Shown piece by piece: positions 26,145 through 40,920 of a DNA stretch of 64,000 nt (positions are counted from its first letter, which is position 1; the number at the start of each line of letters is the position of its first letter). Under the pieces are notes generated by a model that had not been told where the DNA came from, searched no databases, and saw nothing but the letters and a program-made list of their open reading frames with translations. Both the position numbers and the translations under genes were made by a program. Source of the DNA: Octopus vulgaris (lineage: Eukaryota); contig OX597834.1 of the NCBI GenBank assembly GCA_951406725.2, forward strand, positions 45,756,001-45,820,000, written 5' to 3'.

Positions 26145-26145
<1 letters not shown>

Positions 26146-26500
26146 ATCATTAGACTGCGGCCATACTGGAACACCGCCTTAGATTTTTACTCGAATGAAT
26201 CGACAACAGTACTTAATTTTTATGCTTGGTACTTATTCTATCGGTTCCTTTTGCCGAGCCGCTTGATTACGGGGACATAGAGACATTAACACCAGTTGTC
26301 ATGTGGTGATGGGGGAACAAACAAAGACACACACACATAAATATATATACATACATATATATATACTATATATACAACGGGTATTTTTCCATCTACCAAA
26401 TCCACTGACAACCATTTCGTCAACCTGAGGCTATAGGAGGGGACAGGTGCCCAAGGAGCCTCGCAGTAGGACAACCTGGGCCCATGTGGCTGGGACTTAA
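26145..26500 (-). mobile_element. SINE family A, diverged minus-strand copy
   Basis: GACTGCGGCCATACTGGAACACCGCC...TACTTATTCTATCGGT..TTTGCCGA...ATCTACCAAATCCACT...TGCCCAAGG. Confidence 0.75.
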
Positions 26501-26618
26501 AACGCATGGTCACAAAGCGACCAATTTATGCATATTGAGGAGGTACATGCATATACCAATATTTATTTATCTCCCGCTCTCTCTCTCTTTTTCTCTCTTT
26601 ATACATACATACATATAT

Positions 26619-26690
<72 letters not shown>

Positions 26691-27639
26691 CAGACCAAAT
26701 GTATGTGAGTGTGTGCGTGCGTACGCAAACTCACATGTCCATGAATGTATGTCCGCGTGCACTTGTGTGTATATGTATGCGTATGTGTGTTCTTCAGAGT
26801 TTTTATCGCACAATATGTCCACTAAGATAATTGCTTTCTAGAAAGTTATTAAAACAGCATGGGGAAAATATGGCCGACTGTACATCGGAACACGTGATTA
26901 AATCTATTTAAATTAGCCAGCAACATGGAGAATACTATGTGTTAACTTGTTGGTTGATAACGTGCATCTGTTCACAGAGGGTTATATAAGGGTTGGACGT
27001 ATGTGTGTGTTTTGCTGTATGTGCATTCGTACTGCAACGGACAAATGAGTTGAAAAATTTATATATATATATATATATAGGTATATATATATATATATAT
27101 AGGTATATGTGTGTGCATCCGTGTGTATTTATATGTATGTATATATATATATATATATGTATATGTATATGCATGTATACATATATATACCCACACATAT
27201 ATGTATGTATAGAGAGAGAGAGACAGAGCAAGAGCCAAATGGATAGATAGATAAATACATAAGTACATACATACATGCATACATGCATGCATTGATGCAT
27301 ACATACGTAATACGCATATACATAGACCGATAGATATATTTGTCACCCAACATATAGGAAGAGTGGAATGAGATATGTGTTTATCTTGCTGTGTATTGGA
27401 ATCTATGAGTATATGTGATTATGTGCTGGTTATATGGTGTGTGTGTGTATGTATTCATGTGCGTGCTTGTGTGTGTATGGGTTTGAGTGTGCTTGTGTCC
27501 GAATATGTATAATTAATTCTGTGTAAGTATGTGTATCTACTGTTTTGTGGTCAGGTTTTTTTTTATGAACGTGTCCATGGTTTTGTCAATACTCAGGAGT
27601 ATATTTGTGTGTTGACATAACCCGAATGTGCCTGCTTGT

Positions 27640-27730
27640 ATGGTGTATAGATATACGAAAAGACGAAGATATATATATATACATAAATATATATATATAT
27701 AAACGAAAAAGACGAGGATACATATATACA

Positions 27731-27821
<91 letters not shown>

Positions 27822-27855
27822 CTATTCGCATGTATGTATGTATTTATGTCAATAT

Positions 27856-27899
<44 letters not shown>

Positions 27900-27980
27900 C
27901 ATTATATTGACATAAGTCCATACATACATGCTAACACTCATATATATATATATCCTCGTCTTTTTCGTATATCTACACAC

Positions 27981-27985
<5 letters not shown>
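27640..27985. repeat. Imperfect fold-back palindrome centred on a (TA)n run
   Basis: GCATGTATGTATG..TTATGTCAATATAA pairs with TTATATTGACATAA..CATACATACATGC; CGAAAAAGACGAGGATA (27704) pairs with TATCCTCGTCTTTTTCG (27951). Confidence 0.8.
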
Positions 27986-28017
<32 letters not shown>

Positions 28018-29204
28018 TATATATAGACACCCACAATCATTATCAGTTTTCTGTATGATAGTGGTGTTTTTTGTGTTGTTTAAATTTGCGTAGATGCGTG
28101 CGTGTACTTGTACGTGTTGCTACTGGGCAGTTAATCTCTCATGCATCTGATACTCTGTGTGTGTGCGTGTGTGTCTCTTTGCATGTGTGTGTGTTAATGC
28201 TGTGTTCTTAGTAGTGTTGTGTGTTTCTTATTAATGCTCTGTGTATCTGTGTATGCATATGTGTGCGTGTTTGTTCGAATTTGTGTATATTTAAGTGTAA
28301 ACGGAAAGTAAATATGCGCCAGTATAGATCTCCGCGCTCTATGCACACTGTGTGTGTGTGTGTTTATAAGAATGGTGGATGGAGCACGTGTATGTGCATA
28401 TATTAATGCATGTCATGTATATTCACGACATTCTTACGCATGTGTGAATGAGAATATGCGTGTAAATGTGTGGCGTAGAGCGTGTCAAAAATTGGGGTCC
28501 GTGATTATGTATGTCTGTTCGTGGACGTTGAGCGTATCTGTACGATGGGCATAAAAGTGTGGAGGTATGTGCGAGTGTATATATATGGAGGTCAGGATTT
28601 CGCGTTGCGCCTGAGTGAGCACAAGCGAGTATGTTCGTGCGAGTTGTGTAGTCGTTTCGAATTACTTAAGTATGTGTATATACATTTATATTATGTGCAT
28701 AGGCGTATGTGTATGCGTGTAGTTGTGAGTGCATTGTATGTATGTGTGTGTACGTGCAAGCATATGTATCTGTGTGTGTGTATGTGTGTGTGTGTAGTTT
28801 TTGAGCGGTATGTGTGAATAAGTGTGTATAAACACTTAGTCGTGAGGTTGTATGTTTGCAGATCACACGTGGTGTACACATGCGTCGTGCGTATATAACT
28901 GTGAGTTCGTGTCCGATACGTGTAAGGCATGTGGTGTGTATGATTGTGGAGATGAAATGATGGAAGGTGTTAAAAACTTATATCGCGCATTAAGAGGAGG
29001 GAATACAAGAAATGAGAAAAATTTAAAGAATAATAAAATGATGATAATAATAATCCCTTGTATTATAAGCAAAAGGCCTGAAACTTAGGGGGAGGGAGAT
29101 AAAAGGTAAAGTCGACTTCGATGGAATTTGAACTTAGAAGCTTCAGACCGATGAAATGTATCTAAGCATTTTGGTCGGTGAGCTAACTATTCTGTCAACT
29201 CACC

Positions 29205-29240
<36 letters not shown>

Positions 29241-29316
29241 CCTTTCTACTAAAGACACGAGGTCTCAAATTTGGGGGACGGGGATAGTTGATTCCATTGA
29301 ACCCAGTGTTCAGCTC

Positions 29317-30420
29317 TATACACAAGAAGGTGACAAAATACAAAGCAGAAACAACATAGCAGAAATAATTACATAATTAGAAAAGACTCTGAAGGTAAAG
29401 GGAGATCAAAATGACTCCAAGGTCAGAACCCAGCAAGACTTGACCGAGAGGAAGTGAGTCTAGGTAAAAGCGAACAATGGCTCAAATGATCCAGACTAAA
29501 AGCTGAACCGGAGGGACTGACTCTCGCTGCACAAGGCCGAAGCCTGAGTACAAACAATTGCAAAAGTAAAATAATGAAAACAAGCCCCAACACCCAACTG
29601 CAGAATGTGCAACCAGAACATTGCAACAGTTGAACACGTCATATCTGACTGCCCACTCCTTGCCAAATCTGAAGATATATATATATATATACATACACAT
29701 TCACGACCGAGTAAGCAGTTATATCCACTGGACAGTAAGCCAACTTTACAACATTAAAACTGACAAGCATGTTCCAGACAAAGTACAACACAACAACCAG
29801 GCCACAATCATCTGGGATAATCCGGTTCAAACCGACAAAGAAATAAAAGCTAATCGCCCAGACATAATAATGAAGGATTGGGAAAAACATCTGCTTATTG
29901 ATAGACATTGCAGCACCTTCTGATCAAATTATTATCCAAAAAGAAGTGTAGAAATTGCCTAAATACAAAGACCTTCAAATTGTAGTATTCAAGATGTAGG
30001 GCGTGAGAATAAGTGGAACATTGGACATGATAAAAAAGAACATATGAACAAAAATGTAGAACCTATATCTGGATCCTCGGTACTACACGCTATCCAGTAA
30101 ATATCCCTGTTAGGAAGGGCCGATATTTTACGCAAGACACTATTAATTCAATAATACAACCTAAACAAAACAACTCACAAACACAAGACTCTATACAACA
30201 ATTAGCTAATGACATAAACTTCCAAGTTAGATAACTGACGCATTACACACTCAAAACACAATAGAAGCAGGAATGCACCAAAAGACTGCACCACACTTCA
30301 AGGGAAAAGAAACTAAGCAATACAATACCGAGAAGAATTTGCGCATTCTCAACAACAGGAAAGAACATTCAATGCTGCACAGACCAGAGCAATAAGGAGG
30401 TGTAGCAGGAGATGTTGATA
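29317..30420 (+). pseudogene. Decayed 3' part of an R4/Dong-like non-LTR retrotransposon (zinc knuckle plus restriction-like endonuclease)
   Basis: WLK*SRLKAEPEGLTLAAQ...CRMC...VEHVISDCPLLAK...HDRVSSYIHW...IIWDNPVQTDKEIKANRPDII..LLID...KYKDL...ILRKTLLIQ* (stop 30152-30154), with frameshifts and stops; ends at (AAG)n(TAG)n. Confidence 0.85.
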
Positions 30421-30460
30421 GAAGAAGAAGAAGAAGAAGAGAAGAAGAAGAAGAAGAAGA

Positions 30461-30516
<56 letters not shown>

Positions 30517-30519
30517 AAC

Positions 30520-30676
30520 AAGGCCCAAGGCGTGAAATTGTAGCGGGGGCGGCTAGTTGACGACATCGATCCCAGTATTGAACTTATTTCCGAAAGGACG
30601 AAAGGTGAAGTTGATGTCGGCGGACTTTGAACTCAGGACGTAAAGATGTACTAACGATTCTGTCAACTCGCCGCTT
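30520..30676 (-). mobile_element. Degenerate SINE family B fragment
   Basis: GAAAGGACGAAAGGTGAAGTTGATGTCGGCGGACTTTGAACTCAGGACGTAAAG..CTAACGATTCTGTCAACTCGCCGC. A similar fragment lies at 29100-29205. Confidence 0.65.
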
Positions 30677-33600
30677 CAATATTAACAACAAGAACAACAA
30701 CAACAACATCTACAAGCGCCCCGACCACTAGGACAAGAGCCCTCTCTCCAACTTTCTCTCTCTCTCTCTCTCTCAGCAATGGAAACTCAAAAGCACTTTC
30801 TCAACGTATTTATAATAATAACGATAGCAACAACAATGTGAATTTAAAAAATGCAAAACAATGGCGCCATGTCTCAACTTGACACTAATCTAAAAAGCTC
30901 TCGTAAGTACATTCCCAAATCCATCGAAGGCATTTCCAAATTAGTTGGTAACCTCTCCGAACAATTCTCGTAAACACTACAATGAACATCCAATGAAATA
31001 ACAAAACTATAAATGAGCAATATACCACTTACAGTAGAGAATCGTTATCAAGCAATAAAACATGACACATTCTGTTCAATCAATGCCTGTTGATATATCG
31101 CCGAACAATCTTTTTCATAATCAATGTTCATCACTATAACATCCTTTACTCTCTCTCTCAACTCACATTATATGCAGTTTCCACTTGTTAATATAACACA
31201 TCTTACGCAACACAATCCTATGGAATCAAGACCCGAAAACGGATCACATTCAGTCAAATACACACAATATACGAAATGCAAACATCACCCAACATAATAT
31301 GATCAAAACTCGTTGCATATATATTGAAAAACAGAATTTCCACTTACACGGTGTTTAAAGGGCGTCAGATGTATATTGTTACCCCATGTTTGACTGTTAC
31401 ACCTTCTGCCGTGCACTGGTGGAATTATTGCCCATATTTCTACAGCAGCAGTGGAGCCAGATCTGGAAGGTCCTAGAAGGCTTCAAGGGACAAAACAATT
31501 TCTAAATATATGCTGATTTCCTCCCAATCCAACCATATGTAGTCCCATGTCAGCCTTAAACAATATCAAGACACCGGTCATATTGTGCAAGTAGGGTGAC
31601 TATGAGCTGGGTTCCAAAGTCGATTCCACGCTTTTTAGTGTCACTCCTGTGTTGCTCTGCACGATTTAGTACAGTACAACCCTCTGGATGAGTAATCTCA
31701 TTGTCTCTCTTGCCAGTCAGACACCACCGTATACCGTACCTATGCATAGATTAATATTCAGTTACTCATATCAACTAGGGCCTCCTTCAAATCAAAACAG
31801 AAAATACACATTCCCTGTTCGTGACAGATGGATATGTCCACTCAGTTTTCGTCCGTTCTTGGAAAGTTTCTTCTACATTTCTTCTTCTAACAGGATATTT
31901 ATTGCCTACAGCAAAGATACCACATTTATAAACAACGTCTGCAATCCGGAGGGTTTCTTGTTGTCGTTGTCATTGTAAATCAAATTGTTACAATCGCTCT
32001 CTTTCTTTTTCGGAGAAAACCCACCAAAATATTTTTTTTCCTATCAAAATATTTATATCTTTCGCATTATTTATATTCATTTTCTTTTTCTCTTGTGCGT
32101 TTTCAGTGAAACTGACAAGGTTTTAAGCTTGATGGAAAGTTTGTGGCTTGCGTTCAGTGACAGTTAACAAAACATTCTACGAAAATGTATTTTTGCCGAA
32201 ATTCTGCCACTACTAACAAACAAACACACACATACACAAACACAAGCGCACACACATATACACATATACATACACACACCAGTACCAAGTAGGGAGCAAG
32301 TTATCCAAATTTTTATGGTTCGTAATCCAAAAAATGGAGCGTTGCAACAAAATAAGGACCCACTTAACAATGGGGTCCACGGCATCAATCAACAGCTGAT
32401 TTTCAGAATAAATTACTACCATTATAATTGCTATTGTTGTTGTTATGGTGGTGGTGGTGGTGGTGGTGGTAGTTGGGGGGGGGGGGGTTATGGTGGTGGT
32501 GGTTCTAGGAACACTTCAACTTCGAGTCCTTTGCAAGTGTTGTTCATTTTTAACCGTCTTTTGTACACATATTGACAAAATTTCTGCTCCGTGTTTGACA
32601 CAAGGACACTGAGACAAGTAAAAGGAAAAGAAAAGGATAATAAATATTCATAAAAACAGACGGTGACTTAAAGCAAATATTGTTCTGCAGAGAGAAAGAT
32701 GGTTAATGTAAAAAAAAAAAAAATGCTAAAATACAAGGAAGACAGGCGGAGATTGAAAGACAATATTTGCGGAATAAAAAGGAAGTCGATGATTCAAAGA
32801 CAATTGAAGAACATAGAAATGTAGTCAAAGAAGGAATCAATATTTTTGTCTGAAGAATAACATGAAAGAAATTCGTAGAATCAGAAAAGACAGATTTCGG
32901 ATGAAGGGGAAAATGCTTACCAGTAGAAAAGGGAGATTTAGAAGAAACTATTGGGATCAAGGAAATACTAGAATCAAGAGAGACAGGAATGGAATGACAG
33001 AAAGTATTAGAAAGCAGAAATTTAGGAATATATTGGAAGAAAAAGATTCGATAAAGTAAGACAAGGAAAAGAAATGGAAGAAAATTGTAGTATGAAAAAT
33101 GACAAATGCAAACGAGAAATATAATGCCAGAATGATAAAATAGAAGAGAACGAATGGAAGAAAGTCGGAACAAAGAATTTTGGCATACTAAGAGACAGAC
33201 ATGAAGCAAACCAAGAGCTGAAAGAGTTTGTCATTGAAAAAGCTAAGAATGGTGACGAAAACAATTGATAGATGAAATACAGCTGATTGACTAAATAAGC
33301 AAATTATTAATCAAACAATGTGTTAGTTGATTAAATATCTGAACAATTGACAAGTAATAAACAAGTGGAATTGAATCAATGCGTGTGATTATTATTGGCG
33401 TTGTGACCCTTCCGCGAGAAAATAAAATCTGCTTCAGCGGAGGAATACACATCAAAAACCTTGCAAACCAATAAAAAAAACTAAATAATACTTAAATGAT
33501 AAAATGTACGGAAACAGGAAACAAAACTAATTGAGAGTCGCCATTTTAAATAGAAGAGAGGAAAACCAAAATTTCGAGATGAAAAGAAGCGACGTGAGAT

Positions 33601-33844
33601 AAGAGCGAAATATTTATTGTTTTGCGGTGATGTTATGAGACAAAGAGGAGGAGTAACTAATAATTAATCAAACAACCATCTCCCAAGTCATTTCATAGCA
33701 GATACATTATCTCTCCATTATCGATATTGTAAATAAGGTTCACTTTGCGTATTGATTTTTCTTACAGTTGAATGTTTGCGATAGAGACGTTGGTGACATA
33801 CCTATATCTGTGCATGCGTTTCTGTGTGTTTTTGTACGTGTATG

Positions 33845-33921
<77 letters not shown>

Positions 33922-34063
33922 GGAGATACACAAAAAGGCATATATACATATATACTTACATAGTTGCATACATAAATACATGTTTGTATAATATATATAT
34001 GTATGCATATATATATATATGTATGTATGTATATATATATATACATATATATGTATATATATC

Positions 34064-34118
<55 letters not shown>

Positions 34119-34849
34119 CCATATGCACCGTGTGTGTGAGTGTGTGTAAATGGGAGTATATTTGTGTAAATGCAGTTATTGTATATTAAAATGAGGCTAC
34201 ATGAATGTGTGTTCAAATAGGAGAATCTTTGTGTGCATTTGTGGAAGCCGCTAGCATACACGCACGCACTCACACACACAAACAGACACACTCGCATACA
34301 CACACGCACACACACGCATACACACACCCGTGTATATATATATATATATATACACACACACAAACACAGCCGCTAGCATAATAGCACGCGCGCGTACATT
34401 CGTATATAGGATTTAATTTTCATCTCCATATTTTTACAAAAGTGGTGGAGAACTGCGTGCATCCAAGACAACAAAAATACATTTTGAACTATTTATATAT
34501 GCCTCAGGCTAAAGATTTCGATTCTATTTCGGAGAGAAACCAAGTACGCGGTGTTGATAAACAGAAAAAAACGGCATCTGCCGTTCCCAGCAGCACTAAC
34601 GTGGCGATTTCACTTCGTTTGGTTCACATGCCCGCAGTGTTTTTAAAACTATACCTTTTAAAGGCGTCCTTCACAGTAGAAATGTCGAGGTTTCTGTCGT
34701 TTATCGACACACATACGTGAAGTGTGTAGCGATTATATTTATATTTATTTTCATATTCTTATATTATTGTAATAATAATAATATAATATTGTTAATAAAT
34801 TAACATATGTCAATTTGAACTCTCCGTTTTCCTTTTGCATTCTATACAC

Positions 34850-34897
<48 letters not shown>

Positions 34898-35063
34898 TGT
34901 GCATATATATATATATATATGTATATATGAATGTGTATGCATATAAATGCATTTCTCGAAACATATGTTGGAAGTGCATGTTATTTGAATAACACCTGCG
35001 TTTCTTAATTTATCCATACACACATACACATATATATGTGTGTGTATGTATGTATGTATATAC

Positions 35064-35098
<35 letters not shown>

Positions 35099-35099
35099 T

Positions 35100-35327
35100 A
35101 TGTATATATAATTTAGAGAAAAACCACGATTAAATAATTCAATAAAGAAATATGTTATTCACACTATATAGAGAACATATACTATAAAAAAACCTTATTT
35201 ATATATGTATGTGTGTATGTATGTATGAATGTAAATATATATATATATATATGTAGATAGATAGATATAGATATATACATATATATATATATATCAGTAT
35301 GTATGTGTGTGTATATATGTATGCATG

Positions 35328-35383
<56 letters not shown>

Positions 35384-35740
35384 TATGTATATATAATTTA
35401 GAGAAAAACCACTATTAAACAATTCAATAAAGAAATATGTTATTCACACCATATAGAAAACATATACTATAAAAACATTATTTTAAATCAATAAATTATA
35501 ATAAATCATAAATAGAAGTAAATAGTATACTTGCCACAGTTCACCTTACATCATGTCCTTACGCACGTGGTGATCACATTTGTTTAAAATGGCTTATTGA
35601 GGTGATTTACTATTTGTTGTACTTTATTGATTTAAAATCAGGTTTTATTTTATGTTTTCTACATGAATTATATCTGTGAATTATATCTTTCTTTATTGAA
35701 TTGTTTAATAGTGGTTTTTCTCTAAATTATATACATATAT
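35100..35740. repeat. Direct (35105-35190, 35392-35475) and inverted (35688-35740) copies of an AT-rich terminal sequence
   Basis: TATAATTTAGAGAAAAACCAC(G/T)ATTAAA(T/C)AATTCAATAAAGAAA occurs twice forward and once as reverse complement. Related AATTAGAGATAAAACCACTATTA near 62482. Confidence 0.8.
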
Positions 35741-35854
35741 AATATATTGTGAAATTCGATTTAAAATTGTTAAATTGAACTTTTCTCTGTAAGTTTTGGA
35801 ATTATATTCTCTACTAATATCATATTATCATATATATATATATATATATATACG

Positions 35855-35889
<35 letters not shown>

Positions 35890-36225
35890 GTATGTATGTA
35901 TATATATGTATATTCTTTCATTGCTTCTATTTTCTTTTACGTGTTTCAGCCCAGACGCTGCGTGTAATCACCCGCCAGTGTAATCACTCTTTCTGTGGCC
36001 ATTTCTACACGATTGGCTTTTGGACAAAAGACGATGTTCAGTACAGTTCCCCTTTATTGAGCATCGTACCGTGATGAGGTCCACCTGGGACCCTGAAGAT
36101 CAGGAGTTGAATTCGTTTCTTGAAAACGCCTACACCTACCACAAGGAGATCCTCAGCAACGCTAGCCAGACACTAACTAGCTCTGAGCCCCTCAATATAT
36201 ATACATAAATATGCATGTAAGTATA

Positions 36226-36445
36226 TACTGGGTCATCCCATAAATAATAATGTGGTTTTTTATACTTCATTTATTTTTGAGAATGAAGATAAACAAATTT
36301 CTTTTTTTAATCTAAAATATTCTCTCCTTCATTTTCTGCAATGCTCTTCCATCTATCTTGTAGACGTGCAAGGCTCCTCTTTCAAAATTCAATTGTCCGT
36401 GACGAAAAATACTCCTCCAGTACTGTTCTGACCTCATCTACAGTA
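36226..36445 (-). mobile_element. Mariner transposon 3' end (transposase C-terminus and probable TIR)
   Basis: Minus-strand VDEVRTVLEEYFSSRTIEF*KRSLARLQDRWKSIAENEGENILD*; terminus TA|CTGGGTCATCCCATAAAT. Confidence 0.75.
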
Positions 36446-37050
36446 TCTTGGATCTGAACAGGATCTACGCTCTTTCACCTAAACGAAGCCTATATTCATT
36501 CGATCCTTTAACGTAAGGTATGGATTTCGCAATCATTTTCCATTTGGTCACATATGGTGTTTCCTGATCCCTTCAAAATCCATACGTAGCAGACATCTAA
36601 GTACCTTTGCTTTTGTCCGGTTCTCGGAAGGAGGCTATGTGACCGGCAAAGCGATTTTTAAATTCTCTTTCACATAATCCAATACAGGCTTATTTATCGG
36701 TTATATTTTTTTACAACGTTGCACAGGGGCCATCCGGTTTTCCGCCGTCGCCGTGTACAGGAATTGATCTTCTTTCGTCGTTCCTTTGCGCCACATGGGC
36801 TCAAATCCCCTCCCTCATCTCTCACCTCTTCTCTCACACCTATTTCCTCTCTTCATTCCCATCCACCTCTCCTCTCCTCTCTTGCCCTGACACCTACTTC
36901 CTCTCTTCACTCCTACACACCTTCTCCTTTCATCCTTCCCCTCCACCCCCACCCCACTCCCACATACCCCACCCTACAACCAAAACTCTAACCCAAACCC
37001 ACATCTCACCCTTTCATGCATATATATATGTGTGTGTGTGTGTGTGCGTG

Positions 37051-37085
<35 letters not shown>

Positions 37086-37169
37086 AGAATACATCTATAT
37101 ATATTTATAGTATACATACATATATATAGTATATATATTACATATATATGTATATATATAAATATATAA

Positions 37170-37400
37170 GGCGGCGAGCTGGTAGAAACGTTAGCGCGCC
37201 GGGCGAAATGCTTGGCGGTATTTCGTCTGTCGTTACGTTCTGAGTTCAAATTCCGCCGAGGTCGACTTTGCCTTTCATCATTTCGGGGTCGATAAATAAA
37301 GTACCAGTTTCGCACTGGGGTCGATGTAATTGTCTTAATCCTTTTGACTGTCCTTGTTTGTCTCCTCTCTGTTTAGCCCCTGGTGGGCAGTAAATAAATA
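37170..37400 (+). mobile_element. tRNA-derived SINE family B (Meta-like domain), full length
   Basis: A-box-like TGGTAGAAACG, B-box GTTCAAATTCC, central GCCTTTCATCATTTCGGGGTCGATAAATAAAGTACCAG; many copies in this window. Confidence 0.9.
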
Positions 37401-38242
37401 TATATGAATATATATAAATATATATATATGTATATATGTATATATATATATATATGTATGTATGTATGTATTTATATATGTATGTATATATCTGCTGCAT
37501 ATACTTGTATATACACTATATACTTGTAGAGTATATAATATGGCAATATATCGAGCTGTCAACATTGTCCTATTTGTATTGTTAACATCTTAAATACGCT
37601 AAAGAAAAACTAATAGTAAAGACAATACAGAATGTAAAAAAATAAAAACAAATAACTGCAATTATAAATCCTAGTAACTAAGCTTTTAAGACTACTTTAT
37701 TCTTTATATATTAATCTCTAATTCTTTTCTATATTTCTTCTCCCACCACCACCACCACCACCTATTTACACATTTTATTTATTTCATTGAAAACAAAAAT
37801 ATAAAATATAAATGTCGAATCAGATTTTATTTTCGAAACGGTAGCAGTTCTTTCCTCCTTCAATTTCGTCTTCATTTTACTGGAAGAAATGCGTTAGATA
37901 CCGAGATGCTTCATATAACAAAATAAGAGACATTAGACAATATATTTCCATTATGTGCAGCCAATATGTTTACCAATCTCTGGTCATAAATTGTTTTGCG
38001 TAAAACGACGTTGTTTTCTATCTTGCCTTGTAAGATTTCATTATGACAACATCTCATTGCAGTTTATGATTTTTATAATGGTAGACGTATTATTTATATG
38101 TCTATGTCTGTATGTATGTGTATTTCTTCTATAATATTCTTATACGTTTATTTTACGAACATATACGCTCATACATAGACACGGACAGACATAGATATAC
38201 AAGAACAAACTCAGACATACACATCCATCGATCCATCCATAC

Positions 38243-38351
<109 letters not shown>

Positions 38352-38428
38352 GATAGATGGATGGATAGATAGATAGATGGATACATAAATACATACATAC
38401 ATACAGAATGAGAGGTATAGATTTATAT

Positions 38429-38494
<66 letters not shown>

Positions 38495-38502
38495 TATGTA
38501 TG

Positions 38503-38577
<75 letters not shown>

Positions 38578-38691
38578 CTGCGGCAATGCTTTGGCAATGG
38601 CTTGAAGAGTTTTATTTGAACGAATCTACCCGACTAACTTTTTAAAGCCTGGTATTTATTCTGTCGGCTTCTTTACCAGAACCGCTGGTTT

Positions 38692-39153
38692 ATGGATGGG
38701 CTACAGCAAATATTCTGCTCAATACCACAGATTTGCTTGTCAGTTGTTTGAGCTTAACCAGTTGAGTATGTCCCGTAGTGGCTGACGATGTGTGCATCTC
38801 TGATCACGAGCAGAAGTAGTGGGGAAGCATCCTAGCCGTGTGTTGAAAGGAATTTTGGGGGGTTTGAATAGTTCACCTTTGGAAACATGTGCGTTTCATT
38901 CTACATCTTTAAATAACCGTTATTCAGGGACCTTTTGAGCGGGATGGGTTACTCGACCAGAAGAAAATTCTAACTGGGCCCCACCTGCAAGGTCATGTGC
39001 TGCTTATCTTGATATGAGATCACCATGTCGCGCACATATGGTTGTGATATGTGCTTAGTGTACCCTTATCAGACGGGTAGTCATGATGGGTATATTGGAC
39101 TTCGTATATTTTACCTCATTGTCACTTTGATGGCATGCACTGCTCTCTGACTC

Positions 39154-39229
<76 letters not shown>

Positions 39230-39240
39230 GTAATAATAAT
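38692..39240 (+). mobile_element. ~460-bp interspersed non-coding repeat ending in (AAT)n (probable non-autonomous retroposon)
   Basis: GC-elevated block running directly into (AAT)n at 39154; abuts a SINE A minus-strand fragment (38573-38692). Confidence 0.45.
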
Positions 39241-39550
<310 letters not shown>

Positions 39551-39659
39551 TATAAAAGATAAGTGGAATAACACTGTAAGTACGTAATTTGAGTAATTAC
39601 GCACATACTTGAGTGTCTACACAATCATAAATGAATTTTAATACCCATAGATCCAAACA

Positions 39660-40637
39660 TACATCCCAATGATTGCACAACTACGTAAAACCTACAAGAC
39701 ACAAATAGACGAATATGAAAGTACATTTTTTTTTATTTTTCAGACTAACACAGACAGAGTAAACAATCCATAAGTCTAAATCACCACAAAAAACCATGCC
39801 CGGACATGAATCCATCAACAAAAAAATACAGACGAATGCAGATGTTAGCCTTAAGAATCTACGTTACGAGCAATGTTTTCTTTCAAAGAACTCGGAGGCG
39901 GTGTTGTCTCCAAAAATTTACGCTAAACAGACTGATCCGTCCCCTAATGTCAACGTCCAAACTTGTCATGCTTTAGTGATAACAAAGCAAAATACAAAGC
40001 GGATCCGCCATCATCGGGATCACCAAGGGCCGCGTACACGTGTGAAGAACCAGATTGCGTACCAACAATCAGCTACTGGTTCAAATCTTCTCAAAACACA
40101 GGAGCTGGAAGTACCCACAACCGGAATATTCCAACAGATGGATATCCTTGCTCGTCATCAAATAACCAAACGAAAAGAATGAAAAACAGTCCAGGGACGA
40201 TAATAAACAAATTCTTAATGCCTTCTATCACGCCATCTATTTCCCTACAAATACTTCTAATACTGTACAAACCTACTTAAACTGGAAACAGAAACACCCT
40301 GAAGTAAGACTCTATGTAGACAGTAACAAACTTGCCAACGTCAGAGGAAACATTATGAAAAAAATTACTAACTGAAGTAGAGATTGACCAAATTAAGCAA
40401 TCTGTAAGGGACAAAAGGAACGAAGTTGCAGTTATAAACACTACTGAGGAAATAATTATAGACCAGCCCAGGGCTGATAAAAACGCAGTAAAGATTGGAA
40501 GAGTTAATTTAATTGATAGGCAAAGTGAAATACTCTCTGAACCAACCATAAACACTAAGACAGATGAAAATCAAATAGATGAAGAAAGTCAAACAAATAT
40601 TGACCCAACAGAACTACATGAGCTAAAACATCAAATC
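39660..40637 (+). pseudogene. Decayed 5' region of a non-LTR retrotransposon ORF (probably R4/Dong-like)
   Basis: Broken frames including VDSNKLANVRGNIM..LLTEVEIDQIKQSV; follows (AAT)n and ends at (GATA)n. Confidence 0.45.
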
Positions 40638-40640
40638 ATA

Positions 40641-40920
<280 letters not shown>

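Noticed and set aside
32703-33264. 168-aa and 80-aa minus-strand ORFs
   Set aside because: Products of purine/pyrimidine strand bias; no recognisable motif.
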